Shown: positions 63,133 to 64,000 of the stretch, in pieces
How the letters are laid out: each line of letters begins with the position of its first letter
How positions within the stretch are numbered: position 1 is the first letter of the stretch
NCBI GenBank assembly: GCA_963733035.1
Contig: CAVTBU010000005.1
Span: 448,001-512,000, forward strand
Direction of reading: 5' to 3'
DNA: 64,000 nucleotides
Source: Pirellulales bacterium
GTDB lineage: Bacteria; Planctomycetota; Planctomycetia; Pirellulales; PALSA-1355
Program-made: the position numbers and the translations under genes
Notes under the pieces: generated by a model
Databases searched by the model: none
Told to the model about the DNA's origin: nothing
Seen by the model: the letters and a program-made list of their open reading frames with translations, nothing else

Positions 63133-64000
63133 TTGTTGCTGAGCATGACCGGCTTTGGCGAGGCGCATCGCAAAGATGCCGCATTGGCGGTGGCAGCCGA
63201 AGTGCGCACCATCAATAGCCGCTACTTCAAACTGGTCATGCGCTGTGGCGAAGGCTACTCGGCACTCGAACCTCAGGTCGAATCGCTTGTGCGGCAGCAC
63301 ATCAAGCGGGGCACCGTGCAGGTCTCGCTTAAGATTGATCGCGCCCGCGCTGCCAACGACTATCAACTCGACGCCACCGTCCTCTCGGCCTATCGCCAGC
63401 AGCTCGAGCAGCTCTATCGTCAGTGGAAGGTCGCCGAACCGGTGGGCGTCGAGCACCTGCTGACGCTGCCCGGCGTGGTGCAACAAAACGGTTCGGGCTC
63501 GCTCGAAGCGGAACGAGATTGGCCACTCATTCGCGACACGCTCGACGACGCGATGCAGCACATGACAAAGATGCGCGCCGAGGAAGGTCGGGCCATGGCC
63601 GCCGATCTGGCGGCCAACTGCGCCATCGTGGCGGGCGAACTCGACGCCATCGACGCTCGGGCACCACTCGTCACCGAGGCCTATCGCGAGCGCCTCACCG
63701 AGCGGGTATCGAAGACGTTGTCGGAATATCAAATCACGCTCCAGCCAGGTGACCTGATTCGCGAATTGAGCATCTACTCCGAACGGAGCGACATTTCCGA
63801 GGAGATCGTCCGCTTGCGGAGTCACCTGGAACAGTTCGAGGCCACGCTCGATTTGGAGGAAAGCTCCGGACGTAAACTGGAATTTCTCACCCAGGAAATG
63901 TTTCGCGAGACCAACACGATCGGATCGAAAGCCAACGACGTGCAGATTTCGCGGCATGTGATCGAAATCAAGTCCTCCATCGAACGCATCCGCGAGATGA
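63133..64000 (+). CDS. yicC: YicC/YloC family endoribonuclease, truncated by the window end
   Basis: LLSMTGFG, INSRY, RGTV, DISEEIVRLRSH, GRKLEFLTQEMFRETNTIGSKAN. Confidence 0.95.
   Translation, partial: MLLSMTGFGEAHRKDAALAVAAEVRTINSRYFKLVMRCGEGYSALEPQVESLVRQHIKRGTVQVSLKIDRARAANDYQLDATVLSAYRQQLEQLYRQWKVAEPVGVEHLLTLPGVVQQNGSGSLEAERDWPLIRDTLDDAMQHMTKMRAEEGRAMAADLAANCAIVAGELDAIDARAPLVTEAYRERLTERVSKTLSEYQITLQPGDLIRELSIYSERSDISEEIVRLRSHLEQFEATLDLEESSGRKLEFLTQEMFRETNTIGSKANDVQISRHVIEIKSSIERIREM

Overview
GC-rich bacterial chromosomal window, most likely from a planctomycete (Pirellulales-like). This is inferred from DUF1571- and DUF6800-like genes, sulfatases, redoxin-cytochrome c-Cu monooxygenase fusions and 'RF(S/G)xRxL' membrane-protein N-termini. 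The first ~53 kb is an accessory-type region rich in secreted hydrolases (S9A, S9C, M19 and S41 peptidases, sulfatases, a tandem cyclase). It also holds a SulP-carbonic anhydrase fusion, a PadR module, an O-GlcNAc-transferase-like TPR protein and an RND/TolC system, and ends at tRNA-Ser(TGA). The last ~11 kb is housekeeping (clpB, dnaK, pheA, aroF, tpiA, secG, yicC). The best candidate for an undescribed system is a four-gene minus-strand cluster at 39784-45341. It encodes a secreted redoxin-CxxCH-PHM-like copper monooxygenase, a single-heme peroxidase-like cytochrome, a CxxCH/His-rich beta-propeller lyase-like protein and a type-1-copper lipoprotein. Together these resemble a bacterial version of the eukaryotic PHM+PAL peptide-amidation machinery with its own electron chain; this is a hypothesis. 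Other signals are a decayed integrase at the tRNA 3' end, a sigma54-type promoter before dnaK, a PadR operator on a sigma70 promoter, and a possible leader peptide before the SulP-CA gene. About nine genes, including housekeeping ones, carry frameshifts that look like long-read indel errors. All family calls come from motif recognition, not database searches.
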